The notes: a model not told the origin generated them from the letters alone. Shown: positions 48,050-58,438, counted from the first letter of the stretch. The stretch: DNA of 64,000 nucleotides from an uncultured Gemmatimonadales bacterium (GCA_963850905.1 CAWKMU010000004.1:224001-288000), one strand, 5' to 3'. Program-made: numbers and translations.

Positions 48050-49564
48050 ATGACCGGCCCACAATCGGATCAACCGCCTCACGATGAGCTGACGCTCGAC
48101 CCGACTGACTGGGCCGCCTTTCGCACATTGGCACATCGGATGGTGGACGATATGCTCACCCACCTCGAGACGCTGCCACAACAGCCCGCGTGGCGCGAGA
48201 TGCCGCCGACCGTCCGGCAGTCGTTCAACGAACGATTACCGAAGACCGGTATCGGGGCCGCGGCCGCGTACGAGGCATTTGTTCAACGGGTGATGCCCTA
48301 CACCAACGGCAACATCCATCCGCGGTTCTGGGGCTGGGTGCAGAGCAACGGCACGCCGCTCGGGATGATGGCCGACATGCTCGCCGCCGGGATCAATCCA
48401 CACATGGCCGGCTTCAATCAGGCGCCGGCGCTAGTTGAGGAGGAGGTCCTTCGCTGGCTCGCCGAGATGGTCGGCATGCCGGGCACGGCGAGCGGCTTGC
48501 TCGTGCAGGGCGGGACCATGGCGAACGTCCTCGGTCTCGTCATCGCGCGCTACGTCGCGGCGCGCGCTGCAGGTTTCGACGTCCGGACCGACGGCCTGCA
48601 GGGCAAACATCCCCCACTCGTGTTCTACGCGTCGACTGAAGCCCACAACTGGGCTGGCAAAGCCGCCGAATGGCTGGGACTCGGCAGTCGTGCGCTACGG
48701 CAGGTACCGGTCGATCGCGCCTTCCGCCTTGACGTGCGTGCGCTCGAGGAGCGAATCCGAACAGATCGGAAGAGTGGTCTTCTTCCCTTCTGCATCATCG
48801 GCACGGCCGGCACCGTCAACACCGGAGCGATCGACGACCTCCAGCGATTGGCGGACACCGCCCGCGCCGAGAAGCTGTGGTTTCACGTGGACGGCGCCTT
48901 TGGCGCTTTGGCGTACCTCTCCGACGAGCTTCGTCCACTGCTCAATGGCCTGACGCGTGCGGACTCGATCGGTTTCGATCTCCACAAATGGGGATATTTG
49001 CCGTTCGAGTGCGCGTGCGGAATGATCCGGGATCACGTCGCGCACCAGGAGGCGCTCGCCTCCACGGCCAGCTACCTCGCGCCGACGGCTCGTGGCGTCA
49101 TCGCAGGAGGACTGCCGTTCGCGAATCGTGGCCTCGAGCTGACGCGCAACTTTCGCGCGCTCAAGGTGTGGATGAGCCTCAAGGCCGACGGTGTCGATCG
49201 GTTGACGCGGTGCATTGAGCAAAACGTCCGACAGATCCGGCATCTCGTGGCAGGGATCGAGGCGTCGCCCGAGCTCGAGGTGCTCGCGCCGGTGCCGCTC
49301 AACATCGTGTGCTTTCGCTACGCTCCGAAACAGGTGCCCGCAAGCGGCTTGGATGCGCTCAACCAGGAAATTCTTCTGCAGCTTCAGGAGCGTGGTATCG
49401 CGGTCCCGTCAGGCACGACCGTCAACGGCCACTTCGCGCTCCGAGTCGCGAACGTGAATCATCGCAGCCGAACAGATGATTTCGACGCATTGGTCCACGC
49501 TGTGATTGAACTGGGAAGAGCGGTGTCCGGGGTCGGGGACCAGGGGTCGGCCTTGGACCGGTAG
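48050..49564 (+). CDS. PLP-dependent group II (aromatic amino acid/glutamate-type) decarboxylase
   Basis: HPRFWGWV, GGTMAN, GTAGTVNTGAIDDL, WFHVDGAFG, DSIGFDLHKW. Confidence 0.92.
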   Translation: MTGPQSDQPPHDELTLDPTDWAAFRTLAHRMVDDMLTHLETLPQQPAWREMPPTVRQSFNERLPKTGIGAAAAYEAFVQRVMPYTNGNIHPRFWGWVQSNGTPLGMMADMLAAGINPHMAGFNQAPALVEEEVLRWLAEMVGMPGTASGLLVQGGTMANVLGLVIARYVAARAAGFDVRTDGLQGKHPPLVFYASTEAHNWAGKAAEWLGLGSRALRQVPVDRAFRLDVRALEERIRTDRKSGLLPFCIIGTAGTVNTGAIDDLQRLADTARAEKLWFHVDGAFGALAYLSDELRPLLNGLTRADSIGFDLHKWGYLPFECACGMIRDHVAHQEALASTASYLAPTARGVIAGGLPFANRGLELTRNFRALKVWMSLKADGVDRLTRCIEQNVRQIRHLVAGIEASPELEVLAPVPLNIVCFRYAPKQVPASGLDALNQEILLQLQERGIAVPSGTTVNGHFALRVANVNHRSRTDDFDALVHAVIELGRAVSGVGDQGSALDR

Positions 49565-49600
49565 GGGCGACGCATTGCGTCGCCCGTTGTTGTCGTTGCG
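49527..49600 (+). repeat. Heptamers plus REP-like element overlapping the decarboxylase 3' end
   Basis: ccggggt cggggac caggggt c GGCCTTGGACCGGTAGGGGCGACGCATTGCGTCGCCCG ttgttgtcgttgcg. Confidence 0.88.
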
Positions 49601-49676
49601 CTCTGCTCTGCGACGAGCCCTGGGTCCTAGTTCACCACCCACAAACACAAATCACAAACCGGGTGACGTCCGGCAT

Positions 49677-50345
49677 CTACCGCGACGAAACGCTCGACTC
49701 GGCTGCGCGACCGGGGAATCGAGCCATGACTGCGCCGACGGCCTTGCTCAATGCGCGGGCGTAGTGATTCGGATCGGAGGGCACGTCGGACTGACCGACG
49801 CCTCGCCACAGAACACGTCGAGCCGCACCATCGAGGACGTCCACGATAACCGTCCCTTGCTTGTATTCCGATTCGCTCGTCGCTATTTGCCCGGTCGATG
49901 TATTCGGGATTTTCCAATCTGAGAAGGGGTAGCCGTAGTCGTAGTCGGTGACGACCAGGGATGTCCGCGACCCGATGTAATAGGCAATCGCCAAATCCGC
50001 GCTGTCGCGACGACGAAGGTACCCGCGCGATGCCATGGCTTGAGCGATGTCCTGCCGCACTTCGCGTCCCGTTATGGAATTCTCGAGCATCGGGTCGTCG
50101 GCTGTCGCAGCGTTTGATTGAATCGCGCGGTCTTGCGGCATCGGTAAGATCCGGAATGACCGCTGGGTCGTAAACGTTGCGCCAGGGGCCTGCATCGTCG
50201 CGACGTCCACGTGTCCAGGAAACACGCACCCCAAGAGTGTTATCACGGACAGCACGCTGCCGATCATTCGGTAGCGCGGCGCCGAGCAGCGCGCACCCTG
50301 CAGCATCGCGACGCACACCGATCCGCTTCGGGTTTCCGTTCGCAT
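49677..50345 (-). CDS. DUF4136 family lipoprotein
   Basis: Lipobox LLGC; EYKQGTVIVDVLD...VLWRG...FP C-terminus; ATG 50345 after GAGGAGG. Confidence 0.82.
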   Translation of the reverse strand: MRTETRSGSVCVAMLQGARCSAPRYRMIGSVLSVITLLGCVFPGHVDVATMQAPGATFTTQRSFRILPMPQDRAIQSNAATADDPMLENSITGREVRQDIAQAMASRGYLRRRDSADLAIAYYIGSRTSLVVTDYDYGYPFSDWKIPNTSTGQIATSESEYKQGTVIVDVLDGAARRVLWRGVGQSDVPSDPNHYARALSKAVGAVMARFPGRAAESSVSSR

Positions 50346-50465
50346 GACTGTCCTCCTCGCATGATCTCGTAGCTCGGGCCAAAAGCTGTTCTGCGCCCAG
50401 ATGAGCGCGCAACGCCAAGTCCGGGACACGGGTCTCCTGCTTCGGCAATCCCCGGATGGTCTCTA

Positions 50466-50481
50466 TGCGAATTGAATGCCG
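50466..50481 (-). promoter_or_regulatory. Possible sigma54 promoter for DUF4136 gene
   Basis: Minus strand CGGCATTCAATTCGCA (GG-N10-GC). Confidence 0.4.
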
Positions 50482-50504
50482 GCAGCGGCTCGGAGACCGA
50501 TCCA

Positions 50505-50732
50505 ACCGGTGGATAGGGGCCGCGCGTCAGGTGTTGTCGTTGCGGTTGTCGTTCTCTCCACCTACGGTGACCGGCCTTGGACCGGTAGGGGCGGCGCATT
50601 TGCGTCGCTCGTCGTGGTTGTCGTTCCCTGACCCCTGACCCTTGACCCCTTGACCCAATCACGGTGGCCGGCCTTGGACCGGTAGGGGCGACGCATTGCG
50701 TCGCCCGTTGTTCCCGTTGCGGTAGTCGTTCC
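50505..50732 (+). repeat. Tandem cluster of REP-like composite elements (two clear copies at 50573 and 50670, one degenerate at 50505)
   Basis: ACGGTGRCCGGCCTTGGACCGGTAGGGGCGRCGCATT(T)GCGTCGC.. followed by GTTGTCGTT tails and (CTGACCC)n. Confidence 0.88.
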
Positions 50733-50740
50733 AGACCGAC

Positions 50741-51283
50741 CTACGACGGAGATCTCGCTTCGCGCCCAGTGACTTCGTCCAGGTGCAGGCGAAGGACCAG
50801 AAGACGAAACGGTACCGGATCATTCTCAGTGCCCGTACCCGGTACAAGCTCGCGCAACAGCTCGACCCCACGAGCGAACGACTGCTGGTCGATCGGAGGC
50901 GAATCCGAGTCCAGGAAATACACCGCCCCACGCACCACGACGCTGCACCAGTCGAAGGTGCCCTTGACCTCATCCACTTCGAATGCCGCCCATCGGTGGT
51001 GCGCGAGAATAGCGCTCTTCACTCCGCGCGAAGTGCGGCAGTAGATCCAACCGTCCGCGAAAACGTAATTGATCGGCTCGATGTCGACGCGCGGGCCGGC
51101 GGCGTACGCGATGCGCCCCACCTGCTGACGCGCGAGGATCGCCTCACACTCGGCGCGTGACAAGTCTCTGATGACAGGTCCGGTCTTTGGTGGCACGGTA
51201 TCCTGGAGTGAACGGGGAGGAGCCAAAAGTACGACGCTGACTGGCCCATCAGCCGATTGCCCTGACGCGGCCGCCATGACCAC
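50741..51283 (-). CDS. Pyridoxamine 5'-phosphate oxidase-like FMN-binding protein
   Basis: LSRAECEAILARQQVGRIAY, PINY, AFEVDEV, WCSVVVRG, VTGR. Start uncertain. Confidence 0.85.
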   Translation of the reverse strand: MVMAAASGQSADGPVSVVLLAPPRSLQDTVPPKTGPVIRDLSRAECEAILARQQVGRIAYAAGPRVDIEPINYVFADGWIYCRTSRGVKSAILAHHRWAAFEVDEVKGTFDWCSVVVRGAVYFLDSDSPPIDQQSFARGVELLRELVPGTGTENDPVPFRLLVLRLHLDEVTGREARSPS

Positions 51284-51511
51284 GTTTGGGTTTTCCGTTG
51301 AGCCGAGCGCCCACCTTGAGGCTCGGCGGCCCCCGGGTAAGGTAGCTCGTAGTCCCTTGTGACACTGTCCAAGAATCCCGGATCGGCGCTTACTGCAGGT
51401 AGTCCTACGTTGTCAACGACGGGTCTGCTGACATGCCGGCTGGCATAGAGCAATAGCCACAGGAACGCGCCACCTCCAAAGAACGTCCTCACCAGGCGTG
51501 AGGAGGATGTC

Positions 51512-52507
51512 ATGACCACTTCCAGCGTGACGCCTATATCGACGACCGCGTTGGAGTCTTCCCCTCAGGTCGCGGCGGCGAGTCCCGCAGTTACCGCGGC
51601 GCCCCCCGGGGCTTTGATGGTCGCGAGCGATGGTACGGTCGCCGCACTCGCAGCGTGGCGGACAGCGAGCACGCTCGCCAAACGACTCGGCGCACCGGTC
51701 TACGTATACGGCGTTGTCGAGCCGTTGCCAACGGTCAGCGTCGAGCTCGCGTCCGTGCCGATACCTCCCGAAGTCGAGACGGCAATGAAAGCAGAGCTGC
51801 ATGACAACATCGCTTCGCAGGTATCCGCCTCCTCACCGGCCGGCCATCCGTGGCCAATCGAGATCGGCCAGGGACCACCGCCGCTCATGATCGCCGGCCG
51901 TGCGCGCGAGCTGTGCGCTCGTGCGATCGTCATGGGACTCGGTCGTCATCAACTGGCCGACCGACTGTTCGGGACCGAGACCGCGCTGCAGGTGTTGCGA
52001 CTCGCGGAGGTCCCCGTGCTCGCCGTACCGTCGGGATTCACCGCGGCCCCGCGTCGCGCGGTAGTTGGTGTCGACTTCAGTGCAGCCAGTGGACGCGCCG
52101 CCCGTCTTGCCTTGGCATTGTTTCCCGACCTCGAGGCGCTCGATCTGGTTCACGTGGCGCCGTCGGTTGGACCCGGAGCCGCCGCGACACCCTGGGAGTC
52201 GGCCTATGGGACGGAGTTGGCGGACGCATGGCCCCGTTTCGTGGACAGCCTGGATGTCCGGCCCTCGGTGCGGGTGCAGACGTACATGCCGAAAGGGCCG
52301 CCGGCAGACGCGTTGCTTGCGCACGCCGAGGACGTGGGGGCCGATCTGATTGTCGTCGGCAGTCACGGTCGTGGCTTCATCGGCCGCATGATCGTCGGTA
52401 GCGTCGCTACGCGCGTGCTTCGAGCCGCTCGCACGGCCGTGTTCGCCGTTCCGATTGTGATGGGCGCTTCAGCCGCGGCGCCACACGGGACGCCCTCAGA
52501 GAGCTGA
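51512..52507 (+). CDS. Universal stress protein (tandem USP domains)
   Basis: IVMGLGRH...LFGTETA and VVGVDFS...ADLIVVGSHGRG...GSVATRVL; GAGGAGG RBS. Confidence 0.92.
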   Translation: MTTSSVTPISTTALESSPQVAAASPAVTAAPPGALMVASDGTVAALAAWRTASTLAKRLGAPVYVYGVVEPLPTVSVELASVPIPPEVETAMKAELHDNIASQVSASSPAGHPWPIEIGQGPPPLMIAGRARELCARAIVMGLGRHQLADRLFGTETALQVLRLAEVPVLAVPSGFTAAPRRAVVGVDFSAASGRAARLALALFPDLEALDLVHVAPSVGPGAAATPWESAYGTELADAWPRFVDSLDVRPSVRVQTYMPKGPPADALLAHAEDVGADLIVVGSHGRGFIGRMIVGSVATRVLRAARTAVFAVPIVMGASAAAPHGTPSES

Positions 52508-52538
52508 CGCGCCGCCACGACGATCGCGCGGCAGCCGC

Positions 52539-54563
52539 TCAGACGGGATCGACCGCGGCCCGCCCCGTGTGTGGAACCCAGAGAAAGCGGCTGGGTCGAG
52601 TGCGGAACGCTTGCAGTACGGCCCGCCACACGGCCTGGCGCTGCTGAGCGTCGAGGCCACGCGCACGCGCCGCTACGCGCAGGGCAAGCACAAATGAGAC
52701 GCCGAAGTTCAGCGCCCCAATGCCGACGATCCCGAGCATCGCCCACCCCAACGGCCCCCAGCGAAGCTGGTGATCCGCGATCTGGGCCCCGACTGCGAGA
52801 CCGAGCGATGCCGATGATAGCGACACGTGTCGGACCTGAAGGCCGAGCCCCATGAACGCAAAGAGCATGGGCGTGAACCCCATCAAGAACCCAAGCGTGA
52901 GGTTGCCCGCGATGCCACCAATGTGCCGGTCCAGGACCGCGGCAAGCCGCCGGGCACGGGCCGGCCGGAGGACACGCTGCACGCGAGGACTGTCCGCCAG
53001 CGCCTGCGGAAACTGTCTATAGGCACTCCAGTTCGCAGTCCACCCATCCGCCATGCTGCTCACCCACAGGTACACGCCGGTCAGCGCGGCAAACAGCAGG
53101 GTGCCCGAGCGAATGGGGTGGAGCGACGCTATGGTCTGTGCGGCGGTGTCTGCGCCCAGAGCCCCGTGCCCAGTGAAGAGCTGCCACACGAGATCGAGGC
53201 CGATGCCGAGCGGCACCGAGAACAGCACGTTGCAGAGGGTGGCGATCACCTGACACCGAGTGATCGCAGCAACGAGGTCCACGAGATCATCGATCTGATG
53301 TCCTTTCTCGAGCGCACCAGCCAAAGCAGACGCCGTCACCGACGGCTGCTTCAATGCGAGCGTCAAGCGACACCCCTGCATGGTCAGGAAGCTCGCCGCG
53401 TCGTCCGCTGTGAGGGCCAGGCCCGTGACCATGGGAGCCAACGGTAACGCAGTGATCCCGAAGCCGATCAGTGCGGTGAATACGGTCAATGAGCCGCCGC
53501 CAGCCGCTGCCCGTGCGGTTCCCCACCACTCGCCGCGCGTGCGCACCACATAGTGCTCGCCGGTCTTCCCCGTGTGTTCGATGACTTTCCGGGCCAGCCG
53601 TCGCAGCGTGACGCGCACGAGTCCACGCACGCTCCGTTGCTCAGCACTCTGGCGGACAAGTCGCGCTGCGAATGCTTGCCCATCGAGCGACCCCGCTTCG
53701 AGTCGGAAGAGCGCACCGATCCGCTCGAGCTGCGCGTCCAGCAGCTCACGGCGAAACACGAGATCGCTCGATACGCCTCGCTCCTCCAGCCGCTCATCGA
53801 GCGCCGTCAACGCAGCGTGACAGTGCTCGCGACATCGCTGCCAGGCCCCGTATCGATCCTGCCACGTGCCATCGCGCCGCGCGGCGGCTTCCGCGCACTC
53901 GCTGACAATGCGCGCCAGGCGAAAGAACGGTGAGTCCAGCTCCCAATCGATTGGCTGCAACGAGAGGATATCGCGTGACAGGCCGACCGCTGCAGCGCGA
54001 ACCGCCACCAGCTCGGCCGCAGCGCCCACCGCTGTGGAAGACGGTCGCAGCAACGGGCCCCACGGCTCGGCCAGTTCCGACGGGAGCGAGGCGATCCAGT
54101 CGGCGTCTGCCGCCCGCAGGTCGAGTCGCTCGACGAGCGCCGACAAATCGTCGCGGAAGCCGACTCGGGGAAGGACGTGGTTCGCCGTCCGCCGGAGCGC
54201 TTCGGCCACAAACAATGTACGCTCGGACAGCCCCGTCTCCGCGAAGTATCGTACCGATGACGCGTGCGCCCACACACGGCGAATCCGGTCGTTCAGCGCC
54301 GCGCCAGTGCCAGGTTTCTCGAGCTCCTGCACCAGACTCTGAAGCCGAGCGGTCCGCTGGCTCCGCCCAAACCAGGTCGCCACATCGCGGTCGAGCAGCC
54401 ATCCGACGAGCGCTGCGAACCAGGCTTGGTCCGCTGCGATGCTCGTCGATGCGCTCCCAGCCGCGCGCACGATCGCACCCAGCCGGCGGTCGGATGGCCC
54501 GCGGAGAGGCGCGGGGGCCAGGGGCGTCGGAGCCTGCGGCGGCCTACTGAGCGGGACAGCCAT
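52539..54563 (-). CDS. Gcr/'site-specific recombinase' family (SpecificRecomb) membrane protein
   Basis: HTGKTGEHYV, AAAGGG, LALKQPSVTA, GNLTLGFLMG, VRHVSLS, LNFGVSFVLAL; multiple C-terminal TMs. Confidence 0.82.
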   Translation of the reverse strand: MAVPLSRPPQAPTPLAPAPLRGPSDRRLGAIVRAAGSASTSIAADQAWFAALVGWLLDRDVATWFGRSQRTARLQSLVQELEKPGTGAALNDRIRRVWAHASSVRYFAETGLSERTLFVAEALRRTANHVLPRVGFRDDLSALVERLDLRAADADWIASLPSELAEPWGPLLRPSSTAVGAAAELVAVRAAAVGLSRDILSLQPIDWELDSPFFRLARIVSECAEAAARRDGTWQDRYGAWQRCREHCHAALTALDERLEERGVSSDLVFRRELLDAQLERIGALFRLEAGSLDGQAFAARLVRQSAEQRSVRGLVRVTLRRLARKVIEHTGKTGEHYVVRTRGEWWGTARAAAGGGSLTVFTALIGFGITALPLAPMVTGLALTADDAASFLTMQGCRLTLALKQPSVTASALAGALEKGHQIDDLVDLVAAITRCQVIATLCNVLFSVPLGIGLDLVWQLFTGHGALGADTAAQTIASLHPIRSGTLLFAALTGVYLWVSSMADGWTANWSAYRQFPQALADSPRVQRVLRPARARRLAAVLDRHIGGIAGNLTLGFLMGFTPMLFAFMGLGLQVRHVSLSSASLGLAVGAQIADHQLRWGPLGWAMLGIVGIGALNFGVSFVLALRVAARARGLDAQQRQAVWRAVLQAFRTRPSRFLWVPHTGRAAVDPV

Positions 54564-55051
54564 GATCACAGGAGCCGACACGCCCAACCAGCGGCCAGCG
54601 TGTGGCAGGAGGACTCACGAGTGGGCCGTTCCTCAGACAGATTATTCAGGGCGACTTACGGACGCTTGGAAGTACGCGCCAGGATGCTCCGCGGCAAGGG
54701 GACACGGCCAGCCAACTGGCGACTGCCCCCGCACCCAAGCGGACTCGCTACACGAGGCGCCGGTGGTAGGGAGATCGAGTGCGTTGGCGGCGACGGGCAT
54801 GTTCGAGCGAGATCGGTCCAACCGCATGGACTTTGTTCTGGACAACGAGAAGATTCTGACCCATCAGAAAGCGCCGGCTACGGGCTGCGCGTAGGGCCAC
54901 CCGACGGGTCGCGGCGGACATCGGTCGGGCCGTCCCGATGAGTCCGCTCCGGCCCGACGTTGGTCTTCGCCAATTGTTATTGTGAGCTATCCGGGTCACT
55001 CAGCAAATTCCCTCAACGGCGCCACGGTGATACCGTGCGCACCCCCTCGAT

Positions 55052-56281
55052 ATGACTCTCGACCGCCGCTCATTCGTTGCCGCCGCAGCGTCGATGGCCG
55101 CAACCGCCGCAATTCGACCCGGCCTGGTATCCCCTGAACTGGAGAGGCGCATGCCTCCGGGTGAAGACCCGCTCGGCGTACGCGCCGACTTCCCGATCGT
55201 CGGGAATCGCACGTATCTCAACTCGGCCTACATCACGCCCATCCCGCGGCAGGTCGTGGCGGCAAACCAGGCCTTTCTCGAGGCAAAATCGACGCGCCAG
55301 ATGCTGGTGGGAGAGTTACTTCACAAGAACGACGAATTGCGGACGCAGTTCGCGCACCTCATCAACGCGACGCCCGACGAGATTGGCCTGCTCTTCTCGA
55401 CGGCCGAAGGCGAGAACGTGGTCGCGAACGGGATCGGCCTCAAGCCCGGTGACAATGTCGTGGTCGACGAGCTGCACTATCCCACGGAGTTCGTGCTGTA
55501 TCGCGCGCTCGAAGCGACGCGCGGCATCGAGCTTCGCATCGTCAAGGCGCGCAATGGCGCGCTCGACGTCACCGACTTCGAGCCGCACGTCGACAACCGG
55601 ACGCGGATCGTCTCCGTCGCATGGGTGTCGCACCTGAACGGCTTCCGCCATGACATGCGTCCGATCGCTGACCTGGCGCACCACCACGGAGCGCTCTTCT
55701 ACACGGACGCAATACAGGCGGCCGGCATGATTCCACTCGACGTGCGCGCCGCGGGCGTGGACTTCTTGTGCTGTGGATCGTACAAGTGGATGCTGGCTGG
55801 CTTTGGCGTCGCGCCATTCTTCGTCCGAGCGGAGCTGCTCGACCGTATTCAGCTCGACCGCTACGGCGAGTTCCAGGTCGATCACGAGCTGCCCGAGCAT
55901 CACTACGAGCTGTCCAAGACCGCCAAGCGCTTCGACTACAGCAGTCGCGCGTTCGGCGCCGTCTACGAGCTGAGTGCGGGGCTGTCGTACGTCGATAAAG
56001 TCGGGGTCGAACGGATCGCGGCGCACACGGTCGGGCTCGCACATCGCCTGCACCGTGGGCTCGCTGCACAAGGCCATCGAATGTTCACGCCCCCCGAGAA
56101 CGAGTCGTCGATCGTCGTGTTCTACAGTGACAAGCCGCCGGCCGACCTGCACGCCGCCTTCGACGCCGCACAGATCGACGTGACACTCCGGAACGGCACC
56201 GTTCGCATCGCGCCAGCCCTGTTCAACACGACAGACGACATCGATCGGTGTCTAGAGGTGACGAAGGGACTAGGCGTATAG
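55052..56281 (+). CDS. Class V PLP aminotransferase (cysteine desulfurase-like), Tat signal
   Basis: DRRSFV Tat motif, TYLNSA, TDAIQAAG, GSYKWML, RIAPALFNT. Confidence 0.9.
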   Translation: MTLDRRSFVAAAASMAATAAIRPGLVSPELERRMPPGEDPLGVRADFPIVGNRTYLNSAYITPIPRQVVAANQAFLEAKSTRQMLVGELLHKNDELRTQFAHLINATPDEIGLLFSTAEGENVVANGIGLKPGDNVVVDELHYPTEFVLYRALEATRGIELRIVKARNGALDVTDFEPHVDNRTRIVSVAWVSHLNGFRHDMRPIADLAHHHGALFYTDAIQAAGMIPLDVRAAGVDFLCCGSYKWMLAGFGVAPFFVRAELLDRIQLDRYGEFQVDHELPEHHYELSKTAKRFDYSSRAFGAVYELSAGLSYVDKVGVERIAAHTVGLAHRLHRGLAAQGHRMFTPPENESSIVVFYSDKPPADLHAAFDAAQIDVTLRNGTVRIAPALFNTTDDIDRCLEVTKGLGV

Positions 56282-56332
56282 ACGTTGGAAGTTAGACACC
56301 CCACATCTTTCATCGAAACCTCCCGGGGTGGG

Positions 56333-57238
56333 ATGATGGATCTGGCCTTCGTTGGTTTGGGCGGCATGGGGAAAGGCATGGCGGCCAACTTGGTCAAGGC
56401 CGGCCACAGGGTCCACGTGTGGAACCGTTCTCGAGCCGCGGTAGATGAGCTTGTTCGGCAGGGCGCACAGGACGGGAGCAGTCTGCGGGATGCGTTTGCG
56501 AGCGATGTCGTCCTGACGATGCTGGCGGACAATGACGCGTTGCGCTCAGTGATCGTCGACGGTCAGCTCTTCGAGCGGGCGCCGCAGCGACTGACACTGG
56601 TGAACATGGCGACCGTCTCCGTCGCGCTGGCGCGTGAGCTTACCGAGCAATGTCAGGAACACCGCATCGGCTATGTAGCCGCTCCGGTGTTTGGTCGGCC
56701 CGAAGCCGCGGCTGCGGGGAAGCTGCACATCGTGGTCGCTGGCGACTCGGCAAGTGTCGCGCGAGTCCAACCGCTCTTCAATGCGATGGCGCAGAAGACG
56801 TGGGTCGTCGGTCGAGAACCGTACCGCGCGAACGTCGTAAAGCTGGCCGGCAATTTCATGATCGCCTCCGCGATCGCAACAATGGGAGAAGCGGTCGCGC
56901 TCGCGGAAGCCAATGGCATCGCAGCCGCTGATCTCCTGGACGTGTTGACGAACACACTGTTCACAGCACCTCTGTACAAGACCTACGGCAGCATCATCGC
57001 CGACAAGCGTTACGAGCCTGCGGGGTTTCGTCTGCCGCTCGGACTCAAGGACGTGCGACTCGCGCTTGCCGCCGGCGAGGCCGTACATACGCCATTACCC
57101 ATCGGCAGTCTCCTCCGCGACGACTTTCTCAATGCGATCGCGCACGGACAATCCGACCAGGATTGGGCCGCCGTCGCCGAAGTCGCGCGTCGGCGCGCCG
57201 GGCTCGATGGGCCGGCCGCCGAGCGTCGCACCACATGA
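56333..57238 (+). CDS. NAD(P)-dependent beta-hydroxyacid dehydrogenase family
   Basis: FVGLGGMGKGMAANL, AAPVFG, VKLAGN, GLKDVRLA. Confidence 0.92.
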   Translation: MMDLAFVGLGGMGKGMAANLVKAGHRVHVWNRSRAAVDELVRQGAQDGSSLRDAFASDVVLTMLADNDALRSVIVDGQLFERAPQRLTLVNMATVSVALARELTEQCQEHRIGYVAAPVFGRPEAAAAGKLHIVVAGDSASVARVQPLFNAMAQKTWVVGREPYRANVVKLAGNFMIASAIATMGEAVALAEANGIAAADLLDVLTNTLFTAPLYKTYGSIIADKRYEPAGFRLPLGLKDVRLALAAGEAVHTPLPIGSLLRDDFLNAIAHGQSDQDWAAVAEVARRRAGLDGPAAERRTT

Positions 57239-57304
57239 TCAGGCAGGTTAAGATCGACCGCCTCATGCGTGTGACGTCAATGCTGTTCTGTGGTGCGGTC
57301 GCGG

Positions 57305-57430
57305 CTACGACCCCCTCAGCGTTCGCCGGACGCCCTCAGCCTCGGACACTGGCTCCTTGAAGCCAAGCTCCCTCCTGATGCGCGTCGTATCGTAAGCGAT
57401 GTCCTGACTCGCACTATCTATCATCCTAGC
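57305..57430 (-). pseudogene. Relic C-terminal fragment of an NAD-dependent epimerase/dehydratase
   Basis: QDIAYDTTRIRRELGFKEPVSEAEGVRRTL resembles extended-SDR C-termini; no N-terminal domain present upstream. Confidence 0.55.
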
Positions 57431-57472
57431 CCATGGTGTGCTGGTCTCTTCATCGCGGAGCACCACTCGAAC

Positions 57473-58438
57473 ATGCCTGAAGCAAAGCCATCCCCTTTCC
57501 CGGCGCACTTTGACGGAGAGCGGTTCTACAACCCGGGAGGTGCCGCTCCGCGCGGTTTCCCCAATGTCCTCCGTTGGAAGCTCACCAGCAGGCCCGACCG
57601 ATCACCCCGGTTCATCTCCGACGTCGTGCAATCGACGCCGCCGAGCCAGGTCGCGGGGAGCGACCTGCGAGTAACCCTCATCAACCATTCGACCGTGCTG
57701 CTGCAGCACAACGGCTGGAACATCCTCACTGATCCGATCTGGTCTAGGCGCGCGAGCCCTGTACGATGGGCAGGCCCACACCGCCGCCGCTCGCCCGGCG
57801 TGCGTCGCGACGACCTGCCTCCGATCAATGCGGTGCTGGTCAGCCACAACCACTACGACCACCTCGACCTCGCCACGCTGCGTTGGCTTGCGCGCCACCG
57901 CACGCCGACATTCGTCGTGCCCAGCGGCGTCGGTCGGCTGCTCGAGTCGGCGTCGATCGGGCCAGTTCACGAGTTGGATTGGGGTGACACGCAATCGATC
58001 GGTAGCACGTCGGTGTCCTCGGTACCGGCCTTCCATTTCTCGGCCCGCGGCATCCGGGACCGTAACAAAACGCTGTGGTGTGGCTACGCGATACAAGCGG
58101 AGGGAGGTGCCATCTACTTCGCCGGTGACACCGCCTTCGGCCCGCATTTCGCCCAGATCCGCGACCATGTGGGGCCGCCGCGACTGGCCCTTCTCCCCAT
58201 CGGCGCGTATGCCCCACGCTGGTTCATGGCGCCCGTCCACATGACCCCCGAGGAGGCGATCCGAGCGCACGATATATTGGGGGCGCAGAATACGATCGGG
58301 ACCCATTACGGGACTTTCCAACTCGCCGACGACGGGCTCGACCAGCCTCCGCGCGTCCTTGCGGCGCACACCCCGCCACCAGCGTTTCGCCTGCTGAAGA
58401 ACGGGGAATGGTTGGTCATTCCAGCCCTAGACCGGTAG
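57473..58438 (+). CDS. MBL-fold metallo-hydrolase (NAPE-PLD/RomA-like)
   Basis: HFDGERFYNP, ILTDPIWS, SHNHYDHLD, YFAGDT, LPIGAYAPRWFMAPVH, HYGTF. Confidence 0.92.
   Translation: MPEAKPSPFPAHFDGERFYNPGGAAPRGFPNVLRWKLTSRPDRSPRFISDVVQSTPPSQVAGSDLRVTLINHSTVLLQHNGWNILTDPIWSRRASPVRWAGPHRRRSPGVRRDDLPPINAVLVSHNHYDHLDLATLRWLARHRTPTFVVPSGVGRLLESASIGPVHELDWGDTQSIGSTSVSSVPAFHFSARGIRDRNKTLWCGYAIQAEGGAIYFAGDTAFGPHFAQIRDHVGPPRLALLPIGAYAPRWFMAPVHMTPEEAIRAHDILGAQNTIGTHYGTFQLADDGLDQPPRVLAAHTPPPAFRLLKNGEWLVIPALDR

Noticed and set aside
51356..51420. Short palindromes between the FMN-binding and USP genes as an FNR/CRP site
   Set aside because: CTTGTGACACTGTCCAAG and CGTTGTCAACG match the consensus spacing poorly; insufficient support.
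52539..54563. 'Site-specific recombinase' as evidence for a mobile element
   Set aside because: This family name is historical; the protein is multi-TM with no tyrosine or serine recombinase motifs, and no att sites are visible.
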